NCBI GenBank assembly: GCA_046598395.1
Contig: JBKJIQ010000027.1
Coordinates: 51,533-115,532, forward strand
Length of the DNA: 64,000 nt
Direction: 5' to 3'
Source of the DNA: Acidimicrobiia bacterium
GTDB lineage: Bacteria > Actinomycetota > Acidimicrobiia > IMCC26256 > JAENVU01
Shown in pieces: positions 8,650-19,107 of this stretch. Position numbers and translations under genes: made by a program. The notes below the pieces were generated by a model. It searched no databases. It was not told the origin of the DNA and was given only the letters and a program-made list of their open reading frames with translations. Every line of letters begins with the position of its first letter. Position 1 is the first letter of the stretch.

Positions 8650-10305
8650 GTGCGCGTGGTTCTTCGCGCCACGGGGGGTGTAGCCGTGACTAACCGTCAC
8701 GACGACGACAATCAGACGGGTGAGCGCACAGCCGCTACGCCGCCATCAGGCCCCGGAGAGGGTGTCCGCATCATTGGCGCGCAAGAGGCTCAAGCCGCGC
8801 TTGACTCCGGCGCGGCGAAACCGCGTCTGAGCGAGTCGGAGGCTCGCTATGGCGACGTCCCTGACCGTCCTGATCCCACGCTGCGCCCGGACGCCACGTT
8901 CCCCCGGCCGGACAGTTCCGATGCCGCCGCAACGGACGAGACCGCGGGCCCGGAGGACGAACCAACCGCCGAGCACCTGATCGTTGTGCCCGCCGCCGGG
9001 TTCGCGTCGGAGCCGGCCACCGCAATCGGCGATGAAACGCAGGCCCACGATGTCCTGACGCCTGACGCCGACGACGGCCTGCGTGGTCTCGAGTCCTTGG
9101 CGGATCTCGGCCCGGATTCGGGCACGGAGTCCGCACCGGCGCCCGAGGGTCTGCCGCACTGGAGTGAGCCGGCCACCGGAGAGATCCCGATCATCGGCGG
9201 CGACGGAGCAGCGGCGCTTGATACGGGCGAGGTTGCGAGTACTCCCCGTTTTCGAACGGGTGCCACCTCAGAGTGGGCCGACGAGGATCTTCAGGGTTTC
9301 GACGCGCTCGCGCCAGAAGCCGAAGATGAAATGGCGCTTAGCGCACTCGCCGTCCCGCCAATGGACGACGATGTCGCGTTCGACCGTGAGGTCGCGGCGC
9401 GGCGGGTGCGTTCCACTCCTGTCTCGCGACCCCGCCCGGGTGTTCCGGTTCGACGGAGCGGGTCAGGTCACGACGAGCTTGATCTCGGACCCGGTCCGGA
9501 CCGTCCCGACATGCTGGTGCGGGTCGTCACCGGGGTCGGCATGGCGGTGCTCGCCTTGGTCAGCTTCAAACTCGGGCGCGATGCGTCCATGGTCCTCGCC
9601 ACGGTGGTCGTCGGGCTGTGCGCATTCGAACTCTTTCAGGCACTCCACAAGCGAGGGTTCCGACCGGCAACCGCGATCGCCATGTTGGGGTCGATCGCGA
9701 TTGTTCCCCTCGCGTTTTATCGGGACGAGTTTGCGTTCCCGTTCACCATGGCGATCGTCATGGTGTTCACGCTGCTGTGGTTTGTCTTCGAGGTTGTGCA
9801 CACGAGGCCCATGGTGAACGTGGCGGTCACTGTTGGCGGGTTCGTCTACGTGGGCGGCCTCGGCGGTTTCGCCGGCCTGCTCCTCGCGCAGGAGAATGGC
9901 GTTGGACTGCTCCTCGGAGTCTTGCTTCCCGTGATTGCGTACGACATCTTCGGGTACTTCGTTGGCTCACAGTTCGGCAAAGCGCGCTTGGCGCCGGCGA
10001 TCTCCCCGAACAAGACGGTCGAGGGTCTGATCGGTGGAATGGCTGGCGCGATCATTGTGGCGCTGCTCGTGGTCAAGAACATTCACCCGTGGGGAAGTCT
10101 CGGCCATGCGTTCGCCTTAGGCCTCACGATCGCCTGCATGGCACCGCTCGGCGACTTGGCCGAGTCGATGTTGAAGCGAGACCTGGGCATCAAGGACTTT
10201 GGCGCCATCCTTCCCGGCCATGGCGGTGCGCTCGACCGGTTTGATGCGGTCCTCTTCTGTATGCCGGCGGTGTACTTCCTGGCCCGGGCCCTCGGCGTCG
10301 GTTGA
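8650..10305 (+). CDS. cdsA: Phosphatidate cytidylyltransferase (CDP-diglyceride synthase) with long acidic/proline-rich N-terminal extension
   Basis: C-terminal CDS signature SMLKRDLGIKDFGAILPGHGGALDRFDAVLF and a multi-TM core from about nt 9511. The upstream ~285 codons are open in the same frame. An alternative internal start is ATG 9511. Confidence 0.85.
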   Translation: MRVVLRATGGVAVTNRHDDDNQTGERTAATPPSGPGEGVRIIGAQEAQAALDSGAAKPRLSESEARYGDVPDRPDPTLRPDATFPRPDSSDAAATDETAGPEDEPTAEHLIVVPAAGFASEPATAIGDETQAHDVLTPDADDGLRGLESLADLGPDSGTESAPAPEGLPHWSEPATGEIPIIGGDGAAALDTGEVASTPRFRTGATSEWADEDLQGFDALAPEAEDEMALSALAVPPMDDDVAFDREVAARRVRSTPVSRPRPGVPVRRSGSGHDELDLGPGPDRPDMLVRVVTGVGMAVLALVSFKLGRDASMVLATVVVGLCAFELFQALHKRGFRPATAIAMLGSIAIVPLAFYRDEFAFPFTMAIVMVFTLLWFVFEVVHTRPMVNVAVTVGGFVYVGGLGGFAGLLLAQENGVGLLLGVLLPVIAYDIFGYFVGSQFGKARLAPAISPNKTVEGLIGGMAGAIIVALLVVKNIHPWGSLGHAFALGLTIACMAPLGDLAESMLKRDLGIKDFGAILPGHGGALDRFDAVLFCMPAVYFLARALGVG

Positions 10306-11420
10306 GTTCGCAGCACCGCGTCGTTCTCCTCGGGTCGACGGGATCCATCGGCACTCAGGCCCTGGACGTCATTCGGTCGCATCGTGAGGAGTACGAAGTC
10401 GTCGGACTCGCCGCCGGGAGCAACGCCGAGGTCCTCGCAGCTCAGGCCCGAGAGTTCGGGGTTCCGTCGGACCGCGCGTTGCTCGCAGGTGAACGACCCG
10501 AGGTGTTGGCCGAGCTCGCCGCGCTCGACGACGCCGATGTGGTCCTCAACGGAGTGGTCGGGTTCGCGGGTCTCCCGGCCACGATCGCCGCGCTGAAGGC
10601 CGGCAAACGGCTCGCGCTGGCGAACAAGGAAAGCCTCATCGCCGGTGGACCCGTTGTGAACGCATTTCGGGATGCCGGCGGGGGAGAAATCATTCCCGTC
10701 GACTCCGAACACTCCGCGATCTACCAGGCACTGCGAGGCGGCCGGACCTCCGAGGTCGCGTCGATCGTCTTGACCGCGAGCGGCGGACCGTTCCGCGGTC
10801 GGACCCGTGAGGAACTGCGAAACGTGAGCATCACGGACGCGCTGGCTCATCCCACCTGGTCGATGGGACCCAAGATCACGATCGACTCATCGACGCTGAT
10901 GAACAAGGGCCTGGAGGTGATCGAGGCCCACGAGTTGTTCGGGGTCGACTTCGATCAGATCGAGGTCGTGGTTCATCCCCAGTCGGTGATCCATGGCATG
11001 GTCACGTTCTGTGACGGAGCGACGATCGCTCAGCTTTCGATGCCCGACATGCGGCTACCCATTGGGCTCGCGCTCGGCGCGCCGAACCGCCTGGATCAGG
11101 CGTTCGGCCCGGTCGACTGGTCGACCCTGCGCTCGTTGACGTTCGAGGAACCCGATCTGGAGGCATTTCCGTGTCTCCGGCTGGCCTACTCGGCCGGACG
11201 CGCCGGAGGCGGGGCGCCGGCCACACTGTCCGGGGCCAACGAGATAGCCGTGGAAGCGTTTCTCGCCGGTCGACTCCCGTGGAGCGCGATTGGCGAGGTC
11301 GTCGACGAGGTGCTCCAGCAAGGGACCGGGAACGTCGATGACGTCGAAGACGTTCTGGAAGCAGACCGAGTCGCGCGCGCCCGTTGTGCGGCCATCCTCG
11401 AGAAGCGAGTCATTGCGTGA
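10302..11420 (+). CDS. dxr: 1-deoxy-D-xylulose 5-phosphate reductoisomerase
   Basis: VVLLGSTGSIGTQALDV NADPH-binding N-terminus, LANKESLI and DSEHSAI motifs. The TTG start overlaps the cdsA stop (TTGA). Confidence 0.97.
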   Translation: MSSQHRVVLLGSTGSIGTQALDVIRSHREEYEVVGLAAGSNAEVLAAQAREFGVPSDRALLAGERPEVLAELAALDDADVVLNGVVGFAGLPATIAALKAGKRLALANKESLIAGGPVVNAFRDAGGGEIIPVDSEHSAIYQALRGGRTSEVASIVLTASGGPFRGRTREELRNVSITDALAHPTWSMGPKITIDSSTLMNKGLEVIEAHELFGVDFDQIEVVVHPQSVIHGMVTFCDGATIAQLSMPDMRLPIGLALGAPNRLDQAFGPVDWSTLRSLTFEEPDLEAFPCLRLAYSAGRAGGGAPATLSGANEIAVEAFLAGRLPWSAIGEVVDEVLQQGTGNVDDVEDVLEADRVARARCAAILEKRVIA

Positions 11421-12619
11421 AGGACCCACTGGGCGACGCCCCATCCGTCGAGACGCGTAAGGCAATCACCGGGATCTCGCTGATGGTCTTGGTACTGATC
11501 GTGCTGCTCATCCTGCGTCCGTCGCTGGTGGTGACAGTCTCGCTCATCGTGGGCCTGGTGTTCACGATCATGCTGCACGAGTGGGGTCACTACATCGCGG
11601 CCAAGAAGTCGGGAATGAAAGTCACCGAGTTCTTTCTCGGGTTCGGGCCGCGGATCTGGTCGTTTCGGCGGGGCGAGACCGAGTACGGCATCAAGGCCAT
11701 TCCGGCGGGCGGATACGTGCGGATCATCGGGATGACGAACCTCGAAGAGGTTGACCCCGAGGACGAAGACCGCACCTACCGGCAGGCGACGGTGGGGAGG
11801 CGGCTCATCACGGTGCTTGCGGGCATCATCGTCAATCTGTGTATTGCCCTCGTGTTGATCTTCGGAGTCGTCGTCTTTCACGGCGTCGTCCCGGCCGAAC
11901 TCACCACATCCTTGGATTCGGTGAGTATCAACTCGCCGGCCGCGGCCGCCGGACTTCGGGCCGGCGATCAGATCGTCAGTATCAATGGCGCACCCATGAA
12001 GAGTTGGGACGCGGTCGGTCGGGCGATCCGCGCCAACTCCGGGAAACGCCTCGAGGTCGTCGTCGAACGCGCCGGTATCCGCCGGACCTTCACCCCGACC
12101 CCCAAGCTCATCGACGGCGCGCCGCGCATCGGCGTCACCCCGAGCTACCTCACTGAGCGGGTGGGCGTGCTGGCCGCGGTGCCCAAGACGTTCAGCACGG
12201 CGGGTTCGCTGGTTGACAACACGGTGTCTTCGCTCGGCAAGGTCTTCTCCGCGAGCGGCATCGAGCGCTACGGCAAGACGGTGACCAACAGCAAAGGCGG
12301 GTTCACCAACGATGAACGGCCTCGGTCGGTGGTGGGGATTGTGGCCGATGGCGGGGCCATTGTCGGCGGTGAGTGGTGGATCTTGCTCTTCCTGCTCGCG
12401 GCGATCAACGTCTTTGTTGCGCTGTTCAACCTGCTCCCACTCCCGCCGCTCGACGGTGGTCACGCCGCGGTCGCGATCTACGAAGGCATCGCGTCCAAGG
12501 TTCGTGGCCGTCGCGTTCAGGTCGACTACAAGAAGCTGCTCCCGGTGGCGGGGGCCGTGGTCGTGGTGATTCTGATCTTCGGCGTCTCCACGATCTACCT
12601 CGACCTCCGCAACCTGTAG
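11417..12619 (+). CDS. rseP: Site-2 (M50) zinc metalloprotease, RseP/Rip1 family, with PDZ domain
   Basis: HEWGHY zinc motif, PDZ-like AAAAGLRAGDQIVSINGAPM and NLLPLPPLDGGH. I chose GTG 11417, which overlaps the dxr stop (GTGA). The ORF-track start 11384 and ATG 11483 are alternatives. Confidence 0.9.
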   Translation: MKDPLGDAPSVETRKAITGISLMVLVLIVLLILRPSLVVTVSLIVGLVFTIMLHEWGHYIAAKKSGMKVTEFFLGFGPRIWSFRRGETEYGIKAIPAGGYVRIIGMTNLEEVDPEDEDRTYRQATVGRRLITVLAGIIVNLCIALVLIFGVVVFHGVVPAELTTSLDSVSINSPAAAAGLRAGDQIVSINGAPMKSWDAVGRAIRANSGKRLEVVVERAGIRRTFTPTPKLIDGAPRIGVTPSYLTERVGVLAAVPKTFSTAGSLVDNTVSSLGKVFSASGIERYGKTVTNSKGGFTNDERPRSVVGIVADGGAIVGGEWWILLFLLAAINVFVALFNLLPLPPLDGGHAAVAIYEGIASKVRGRRVQVDYKKLLPVAGAVVVVILIFGVSTIYLDLRNL

Positions 12620-12698
12620 TCGCATCGTCAGTGAGGATGTTGGGGAGATCGGCGATCCAGGCGGGTTCGTTGGGCGGGCCGCCTCTAGCCTGGGCGCA

Positions 12699-13922
12699 AT
12701 GAGCTTCGAACGCCGCCAGACCCGTCAGGTTGTGGTGGGCCGTGCGCCGGGCCCGAGTGTGGCCGTCGGCGGCGACGCGCCGGTCTCGGTGCAGTCGATG
12801 ACCACGACCAAGACCGCGGACGTTGACGCGACCCTCGCGCAGATCTACGCGCTCGCCGGCGCCGGGTGCGACATCGTTCGCTGCACCTGCAATGACGAAG
12901 CCGCGGCGGAGGGCCTCGCCCAGATCGTGCCTCGCTCGCCGGTGCCGATCATCGCCGACATTCATTTTCAGTACCGGCTCGCGCTGGCCGCGATGGAAGC
13001 AGGAGTTCAGGGTTTGCGCCTGAATCCCGGGAACATTCGCAAGCCCGCGCAGATCAAGACCGTTGCCCAAGAGGCCAAAGATCGCGGACTGCCGATCCGT
13101 ATCGGGGTGAACGCAGGATCGTTGGATCCCGACATCGCCGCGCAGTACGGCATGACCCCGGAGGCTCTGGTCGCGTCGGCGCAGCGTGAGCTTGCGCATT
13201 TCGCCGAAGTCGGGTTCGACGACGTGAAGATCTCGGTCAAGGCCAGCAACGTCGCGCTCATGATCGATGCCTACCGCATGCTCTCGGAGACGGTCGACTA
13301 TCCGTTGCACCTTGGCGTGACCGAGGCGGGCCCTCCGCCGAACGGGTTGGTGAAGTCGACGGCGGGGATTGCCACGCTCCTGGCGGAAGGCATCGGCGAC
13401 ACGATCCGTTACTCACTCACCGCGGATCCGGTAGAGGAGGCCCGTGCGGGGCGCACCTTGCTCGAGGCATTGGGTCTTCGTGAGCGTCGCGGTCTCGACC
13501 TCATCGCGTGTCCGAGCTGTGGGCGGGCCGAGGTGGATGTGATCAAGGTTGCCAACGATGCGCAGACCGCGCTGGGGGCGCTCAACATCCCTTTGCAGGT
13601 CGCGGTCATGGGCTGTGTGGTGAATGGTCCCGGTGAAGCGCGCGAGGCCGATCTCGGAATAGCCGCGGGACGGGGGAGAGGTCATCTCTTCGTGAAGGGG
13701 CAGGTCGTGCGCGTGGTGCCTGAGGCGGAAATGGTCGACGCGTTGGTGGCGACTGCGCACCGCATCATGGAAGACGGCATCGATGCGGTGATCGCCGGCG
13801 CGGATGCGGGCGCCGCGGCCGAAGCCGAAGCGGATCGAGCGGAACTGATCGCGACCCAGGGTGACGACGCGAATCGCACCGAAGTGAAGATCGGCCGAAT
13901 CCGGAGCCTCGCGGGCGAGTAG
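12699..13922 (+). CDS. ispG: 4-hydroxy-3-methylbut-2-en-1-yl diphosphate synthase
   Basis: VQSMTTTKTADVDATLAQI...RCTCNDEAAAE...CPSCGRAEVD...MGCVVNGPGEA. Confidence 0.97.
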   Translation: MSFERRQTRQVVVGRAPGPSVAVGGDAPVSVQSMTTTKTADVDATLAQIYALAGAGCDIVRCTCNDEAAAEGLAQIVPRSPVPIIADIHFQYRLALAAMEAGVQGLRLNPGNIRKPAQIKTVAQEAKDRGLPIRIGVNAGSLDPDIAAQYGMTPEALVASAQRELAHFAEVGFDDVKISVKASNVALMIDAYRMLSETVDYPLHLGVTEAGPPPNGLVKSTAGIATLLAEGIGDTIRYSLTADPVEEARAGRTLLEALGLRERRGLDLIACPSCGRAEVDVIKVANDAQTALGALNIPLQVAVMGCVVNGPGEAREADLGIAAGRGRGHLFVKGQVVRVVPEAEMVDALVATAHRIMEDGIDAVIAGADAGAAAEAEADRAELIATQGDDANRTEVKIGRIRSLAGE

Positions 13923-13946
13923 GTCCAGGTTGCGGCGCACGCCCTC

Positions 13947-14732
13947 TTAGCCGCGGTTGCGGTGCCAATCGCGTCGGCGGGCGGCGAGACCGGTGAGCCG
14001 AGCATCGTGCAGGCGTTCCGCTCGAAGTTGCTCCATGACACCGTCGTCGAGTGGCGTCAATGCGTCCGCACCGAGCACCCATACGAGGAGGTGATCGGCG
14101 AGCGCGGGATTACGAGGAAGCACGGGACCGTGGAGGTAGGTACCGAGGAGTCGGTCGGCCAACACCCCGTCCACTTGGGTGCCGTCTGCGTCCGAGACGC
14201 CGTTGCCGTGGCCGACCGTCACGCTCCCCAACGGGACCTCGTCCGGCCCGAGGGTGGTGCGGCCCCCATGGTTTTCGAAACCGGTGAGATCGGGTAACCC
14301 GGTCTTCGCCGCGGGCTCCACCACGCACTCTCCGATGAGCCGACCGTCTCCGGACCGGGTGGAAAGATCAACCAGTCCGAGACCATCGAGAATCTTGCCG
14401 TCGTTCGCCTCGTAGGTGGACCCCAAGAGTTGGAAGCCCGCGCAGACCGCGAACACGACCGCGCCGCTCGAACGCGCGGTATCGATCGCGGCCCGTGAGG
14501 CGCGCATGCCCTCGGCGGCCATGATCTGCGCATCATCTTCACCACCACCGAACAGGTAGATGTCGAGCGACGCGGGGATGGCGCGTCCTGCCCGGATTTC
14601 CACCAGTTCGGCGACGATCCCGCGCCGCGCGCAACGCTTCACGAGCACCACCGCATTGCCGCGATCGCCGTAGGTCCCCAACAGCTCGGGGTAGACCAGG
14701 CCAACGCGTACCGCGGACTCGCGCGTCACCAC
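13947..14732 (-). CDS. gatD: Lipid II isoglutaminyl synthase, glutaminase subunit (CobQ/CobB-type amidotransferase)
   Basis: VGLVYPELLGTYGDRGN...IYLFGGGEDDAQ...AVCAGFQLLG (catalytic Cys)...YLHGPVL. The GTG start overlaps the murT stop. Confidence 0.85.
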   Translation of the reverse strand: MVTRESAVRVGLVYPELLGTYGDRGNAVVLVKRCARRGIVAELVEIRAGRAIPASLDIYLFGGGEDDAQIMAAEGMRASRAAIDTARSSGAVVFAVCAGFQLLGSTYEANDGKILDGLGLVDLSTRSGDGRLIGECVVEPAAKTGLPDLTGFENHGGRTTLGPDEVPLGSVTVGHGNGVSDADGTQVDGVLADRLLGTYLHGPVLPRNPALADHLLVWVLGADALTPLDDGVMEQLRAERLHDARLTGLAARRRDWHRNRG

Positions 14733-15952
14733 GATGCTCGGGTCAGATGGGTGAACTGGGTGTAGGACGCGATGATGTGGACGGCGCCCGGGAGTCGGGC
14801 CGCGGCCTGGAGTGGGTCGTGCTCGACGATGTGGGCGACACCGCCGTAGTCGAGGCGGACCGCCACATCGAGCGCGCGCTCGCCGCTCGCGGCGATGTCC
14901 TTACCCCGCAAGATTTCGTACGGCACGTCCCAGAGCCACGATGGGTCCTGCCCGTCGGCCACGTGCGCGTTCACCGCGAGTACTACTGCGGTATCGCGGG
15001 GCTCGAGCCACCGCAGCACTTCGGTCCAACCCGCCGGATTCTTGGCGAGGATCACGAGTGCGTCGCGACCGTCGGAGAGACTGCACGTGGAGAATCGCCC
15101 TGATACCACTTCGACACCGCGGACTCCGGCGACGGCGCGCTCGGGATCGCAATCAAAATGTGCGATGGCCGCGGCGAGGGCCAGTGCGGCGTTCATGCGG
15201 TTCCAATCACCGGGAAGCCGAATCTCGAGCTCGACTCGACCCGTTGGGGTGATGAGGGTGTCGTCGTGCAGCCGGTAGGTCGCATTGGGTTGGGTGAAGC
15301 CGCAGTGATCGCAATGAAACGACTCGGTCGACCACGTCAGTAGCGCGGCGCACTCGGGACACGTCGCCGCGTCGGATCGCCACGGTGCGCCGACGGCGAC
15401 CCAGGTGACGTTGGTATGCGCGCCGACCGACCACACCACGTGTGGATCCGATGCGTTCGCAATGACTGCGAGGTCGGGATAAGTGGCGCAGACCACTCGC
15501 CACTTTTCCGCGATGCTGCGGACTTCGCCAAAGCGGTCGAGCTGATCGCGGGTGAGATTGCCGAGGACGAGCAGTTCGGCATGGAGAGGACCTACCACCT
15601 TGGGGACCCACCGTTCGTCCACCTCGAGGACGGCGATTTCCGGTTCGGGATCCCGTCCGAGTGCGGCCGCGACCCCGGCCGGCATATTCGCGCCGGTGTG
15701 GTTGCTGGTCACGGGCGTACCACAGGCGCGGAGTGCTTCGGCGAGCAACCGGGTGGTGGTGGTCTTGCCATTGGTGGCAGAGATGATCGTGACGCGCCGG
15801 CCGTGCGCGACCGCGGCGAGGAGATCCGGCTCGATCATCAGCATGACTCGGCCACTTACCTGGGTTCCCGCGCCGCGGCCCGTGACGCGCGACGCCCAGC
15901 CGGCCGCGGTTCCGGCCGCGAGCGCGGCGCTCACCCTGAGGTTCGTTCGCAC
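14726..15952 (-). CDS. murT: Lipid II isoglutaminyl synthase, Mur-ligase-like subunit
   Basis: P-loop ISATNGKTTTTRLL, Cys4 ribbon CPECAALLTWSTESFHCDHCG and a C-terminal MurT-type domain. Paired with gatD. Confidence 0.9.
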   Translation of the reverse strand: MRTNLRVSAALAAGTAAGWASRVTGRGAGTQVSGRVMLMIEPDLLAAVAHGRRVTIISATNGKTTTTRLLAEALRACGTPVTSNHTGANMPAGVAAALGRDPEPEIAVLEVDERWVPKVVGPLHAELLVLGNLTRDQLDRFGEVRSIAEKWRVVCATYPDLAVIANASDPHVVWSVGAHTNVTWVAVGAPWRSDAATCPECAALLTWSTESFHCDHCGFTQPNATYRLHDDTLITPTGRVELEIRLPGDWNRMNAALALAAAIAHFDCDPERAVAGVRGVEVVSGRFSTCSLSDGRDALVILAKNPAGWTEVLRWLEPRDTAVVLAVNAHVADGQDPSWLWDVPYEILRGKDIAASGERALDVAVRLDYGGVAHIVEHDPLQAAARLPGAVHIIASYTQFTHLTRASW

Positions 15953-16704
15953 CAGTACGCATCCACGCGGTAAGGGATCGCGATGTGGTCGCGGCCCGCG
16001 GTGTCGGGGTGAGTCATGAGAAGGTCCCGCACTTCGTTGAGCACCGAGAGTTGCTCAGGCTCATCGAGTACCGCGACGTGACTCACCGAGCGGAACCGAT
16101 CGACGACCTCCTCGACCGTCATCACTTGCTCGTGGTGGAATGTGGCCTCGTGGAGTGATCCAAAGTACGGCGTTTCGCCGAACGCTGACTCCCGCCATTC
16201 GTCGTGCTGTCGCCATGGAGCGTGCTTTTCGACTCGGTCCATGATCGACCAGAGTTCGTCGACGAACGAGTTGGTCCTATCTCGGGCGTTCCAGACGAGC
16301 CCGAGACGGCCGCCGGAACGCAACACTCGAGCGGACTCCGCGAGGGTGGCCGCGGCGTCGAACCAGTGGAATGCCTGCGCAACCGTGATTGCGTCGAAGC
16401 TCGCGTCTTTGACCGGCATCTGCTCCGCGGTGCAGGCGACGAGCGCAACGTTCGGGCTGGTTCGGGCCAGGACGTCGCGCATCCCTACCACCGGCTCCGC
16501 CGCCACCAGGCGGGCCCCGAATGGAACGAGCAGTCGTGTGAACTTTCCCGTCCCGGCGGCGAGGTCGATCACATCACGCCCGGGGCCAATACCGAGATGT
16601 TCGGCGAACCAGTTGATGCAATCGGGCGGGTAGCTCGGTCGGGACCGCTCATAGCTGGCGGCCTCACGATCGAATCCCGTATCGGCGACGTGGTGGACGG
16701 GCAT
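15931..16704 (-). CDS. Class I SAM-dependent methyltransferase
   Basis: VIDLAAGTGKFTRLL motif I and LRSGGRLGLVWN. Start trimmed to ATG 16704 (MPVHHVADTG...) because the upstream part of the ORF has no coding-like features. Confidence 0.8.
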   Translation of the reverse strand: MPVHHVADTGFDREAASYERSRPSYPPDCINWFAEHLGIGPGRDVIDLAAGTGKFTRLLVPFGARLVAAEPVVGMRDVLARTSPNVALVACTAEQMPVKDASFDAITVAQAFHWFDAAATLAESARVLRSGGRLGLVWNARDRTNSFVDELWSIMDRVEKHAPWRQHDEWRESAFGETPYFGSLHEATFHHEQVMTVEEVVDRFRSVSHVAVLDEPEQLSVLNEVRDLLMTHPDTAGRDHIAIPYRVDAYWCERTSG

Positions 16705-16751
16705 CCGGCCATGATGGCAGCTGTCCTCGCCCGTTCGGCGGGTCTTGTCGG

Positions 16752-17597
16752 TCAGCCCGGTTTCGATGCTTGGAGTGTGTAGGTGCAGGCGAGTCGCTCG
16801 GGGCGATCGATCAACTCCCATTCGCCGAACGGCGGAACCTCGTGCATGAGCCCGTCGAGCGCATTCCACGGAACCGTTCGATGTTCGGTGAGCATGTCGA
16901 TCTGGCACCCGGAAGCGAGCAGCGCAGTCACCACTTCACCGATGCTCCAGTTCCATTCGAACGTGGTGGGATTGGCCAAAGCGGTCCCGTCGCCTTCGTA
17001 GCTGGTCTCCTCCTCGAATCGGGTGGCACCCGCCGCGCCAAATGCGGGGTATTTGATCGCCAGGATGTCGTCGTCACGTGCATCGTCGGCGGCGTACAGC
17101 ATCGGGTGACCCTCACGGAGGTGGAGGCGACCGCCGGGCCGCAACAAGCCGGAGACGACCGCGGCCCACCCTTCGATGTCGGGTAACCAGTTCAGCGCCC
17201 CGATCCCCGTGAAGACGAGGTCGAATCGCTCGGCGTCGAGTACGCCGAGCGCGTCGTACAACTCGCCTTCCACGAACCTCACGTTCGATCCCGCGCGCGC
17301 CCCAAGTTCGCGGGCGGCAGCCAGCGCAGCGGGGGAGAAGTCGTAACCCGTGACCGAGCGCGCGCCCAATCGATCGAGGGAGATGGTGTCGGTCCCGATG
17401 TGACATTGAAGATGAACCACATCGAGGCCCGCGAGGTCACCGAGGCGGGGGACGTCGAACTGGACCACCCGGCTGATGTGTCCCGGTTCGGCGAATGCCG
17501 CGAGTTCGTAGCCATTGGGTCCCACGTGGATGGGGACCCGGTCCTCCCAGTTGGCGAGGTTTGCACTGCGTTGTTCGTCGAGCGGCATGCGCGCCAT
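16752..17597 (-). CDS. Class I SAM-dependent methyltransferase
   Basis: VVHLQCHIGTDTISLDRLGA...VTGYDFSPAALAAAREL...LLRPGGRLHLREGHP. Start set to ATG 17597 (MARMPLDEQ...). Confidence 0.8.
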   Translation of the reverse strand: MARMPLDEQRSANLANWEDRVPIHVGPNGYELAAFAEPGHISRVVQFDVPRLGDLAGLDVVHLQCHIGTDTISLDRLGARSVTGYDFSPAALAAARELGARAGSNVRFVEGELYDALGVLDAERFDLVFTGIGALNWLPDIEGWAAVVSGLLRPGGRLHLREGHPMLYAADDARDDDILAIKYPAFGAAGATRFEEETSYEGDGTALANPTTFEWNWSIGEVVTALLASGCQIDMLTEHRTVPWNALDGLMHEVPPFGEWELIDRPERLACTYTLQASKPG

Positions 17598-17641
17598 GAT
17601 GTCAGCACCGACGACGGGCGAGTGACGCGAGGAGAGATTTC

Positions 17642-19078
17642 GTGACGAATGCATGGCTCGACGCCACAGCGCAGGCTGAACTCGTGCGATCGGGTGCGGC
17701 GACGCCGCTGGACCTGGTCGAAGCAGCGATTGCGCGGGTCGAGTCGCTGAACCCGCAGCTCAACGCGGTCATCCATACGAACTTCGAACGGGCGCGCAAC
17801 GCGGCCCGTGGTGACCTCCCCGACGGCCCCTTCCGCGGTGTTCCTTTCCTGATCAAGGACGCCGTGTGCCACGAGGCTGGTGAGCCGTACCACTTCGGCA
17901 TGCAAGTGCTCAAAGATCTCGACTGGCGCGAGGACTCCGACACCTGGCTGGTGGAGCGGTATCAACGTGCCGGGTTCATCTCGATTGGCCGAACGAACTT
18001 GCCGGAAATGGCGAGCACGGTGACGACCGAACCGGTCGCGTACGGCCCCACCAGTAACCCCTGGGATCTCACTCGCTCCACCGGCGGATCAAGCGGTGGC
18101 GCGGCCGCGGCGGTGGCATCGGGAATGGTGGCCGCCGCGCACGGGAACGATATGGGCGGTTCGATCCGGTTCCCGGCTTCGATGTGTGGTCTCGTCGGGT
18201 TGAAGCCCACACGCGGGCGCAACACCTTGGGACCCGACTTCGGGGAGTTGTGGGGCCCCACCGCGCACGAACATGTGTTGACGCGCTCAGTGAGGGACTC
18301 GGCGCGGATTCTGGATGCAACCCAGGGTCCCGGTATCGGTGACCCCTACGAAATCGCACCGCCGGTGCGCGGGTATGCGGAAGAGATCGGCTCGGACCCC
18401 GGCGCGCTGCGGATTGGGTTTCGCACGCGGCGGTGCGACGGCACCGGCGACTCGCACGCTGACGTGGTTGCCGCGGTTCACGCTGCCGCGGCTCTCTGTG
18501 AGTCTCTCGGACATCGCGTGAGCGCCGAGGCGGTGGCGCCACTCGATGATCCCGGGTTGAGTTCGGCGTTGCCCGCACTCTGGGCCGGGGTGATCGCACG
18601 AGAAGTGGATCGGTGGAGTGAGCGAATCGGCCGCACCATCGAGATCGGCGAGCTGGAACCGATCAATCAAGCGCTCGTCGGCATGGCGGAGGGTGTTTCG
18701 GCGAGTGCCTACGTTGGTGCGTTGGAGGGGATGCAGCATTGGGCGCGTGGCGTCGCGGGTTGGTTCACGGACTTCGACGTGTTGATGGTGCCCACGATTC
18801 CGGAACCGCCGTTCGAACTCGGTCGCCTCGCCGCGGGCCAAGGAGAGAGTTTCGCCCAGCTCCTCGACTCGGGGACCCTGATCACCTTTACCCTGCCGTT
18901 CAACGCAACGGGTCAGCCCGCGATCTCACTGCCGCTCGGCATGAGCGCAACCGGCCTGCCCATCGGCGTGCAGTTCGTCGCCCCATTCGGACGCGAAGAC
19001 GTGCTCTTCCGTCTGGCATCACAACTCGAAGCCGCGGCCCCCTGGGCCGACCGCCGCCCGGGGGTATCCGCCGCCTGA
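17642..19078 (+). CDS. Amidase-signature family amidase
   Basis: Amidase signature GGSSGGAAAAVASGMVAAAHGNDMGGSIRFPAS. AGGAGAG lies 5-6 nt before GTG 17642. Confidence 0.9.
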   Translation: MTNAWLDATAQAELVRSGAATPLDLVEAAIARVESLNPQLNAVIHTNFERARNAARGDLPDGPFRGVPFLIKDAVCHEAGEPYHFGMQVLKDLDWREDSDTWLVERYQRAGFISIGRTNLPEMASTVTTEPVAYGPTSNPWDLTRSTGGSSGGAAAAVASGMVAAAHGNDMGGSIRFPASMCGLVGLKPTRGRNTLGPDFGELWGPTAHEHVLTRSVRDSARILDATQGPGIGDPYEIAPPVRGYAEEIGSDPGALRIGFRTRRCDGTGDSHADVVAAVHAAAALCESLGHRVSAEAVAPLDDPGLSSALPALWAGVIAREVDRWSERIGRTIEIGELEPINQALVGMAEGVSASAYVGALEGMQHWARGVAGWFTDFDVLMVPTIPEPPFELGRLAAGQGESFAQLLDSGTLITFTLPFNATGQPAISLPLGMSATGLPIGVQFVAPFGREDVLFRLASQLEAAAPWADRRPGVSAA

Positions 19079-19107
19079 CCCGACGTCCAAACTCCGGTAT
19101 TGAGCAG

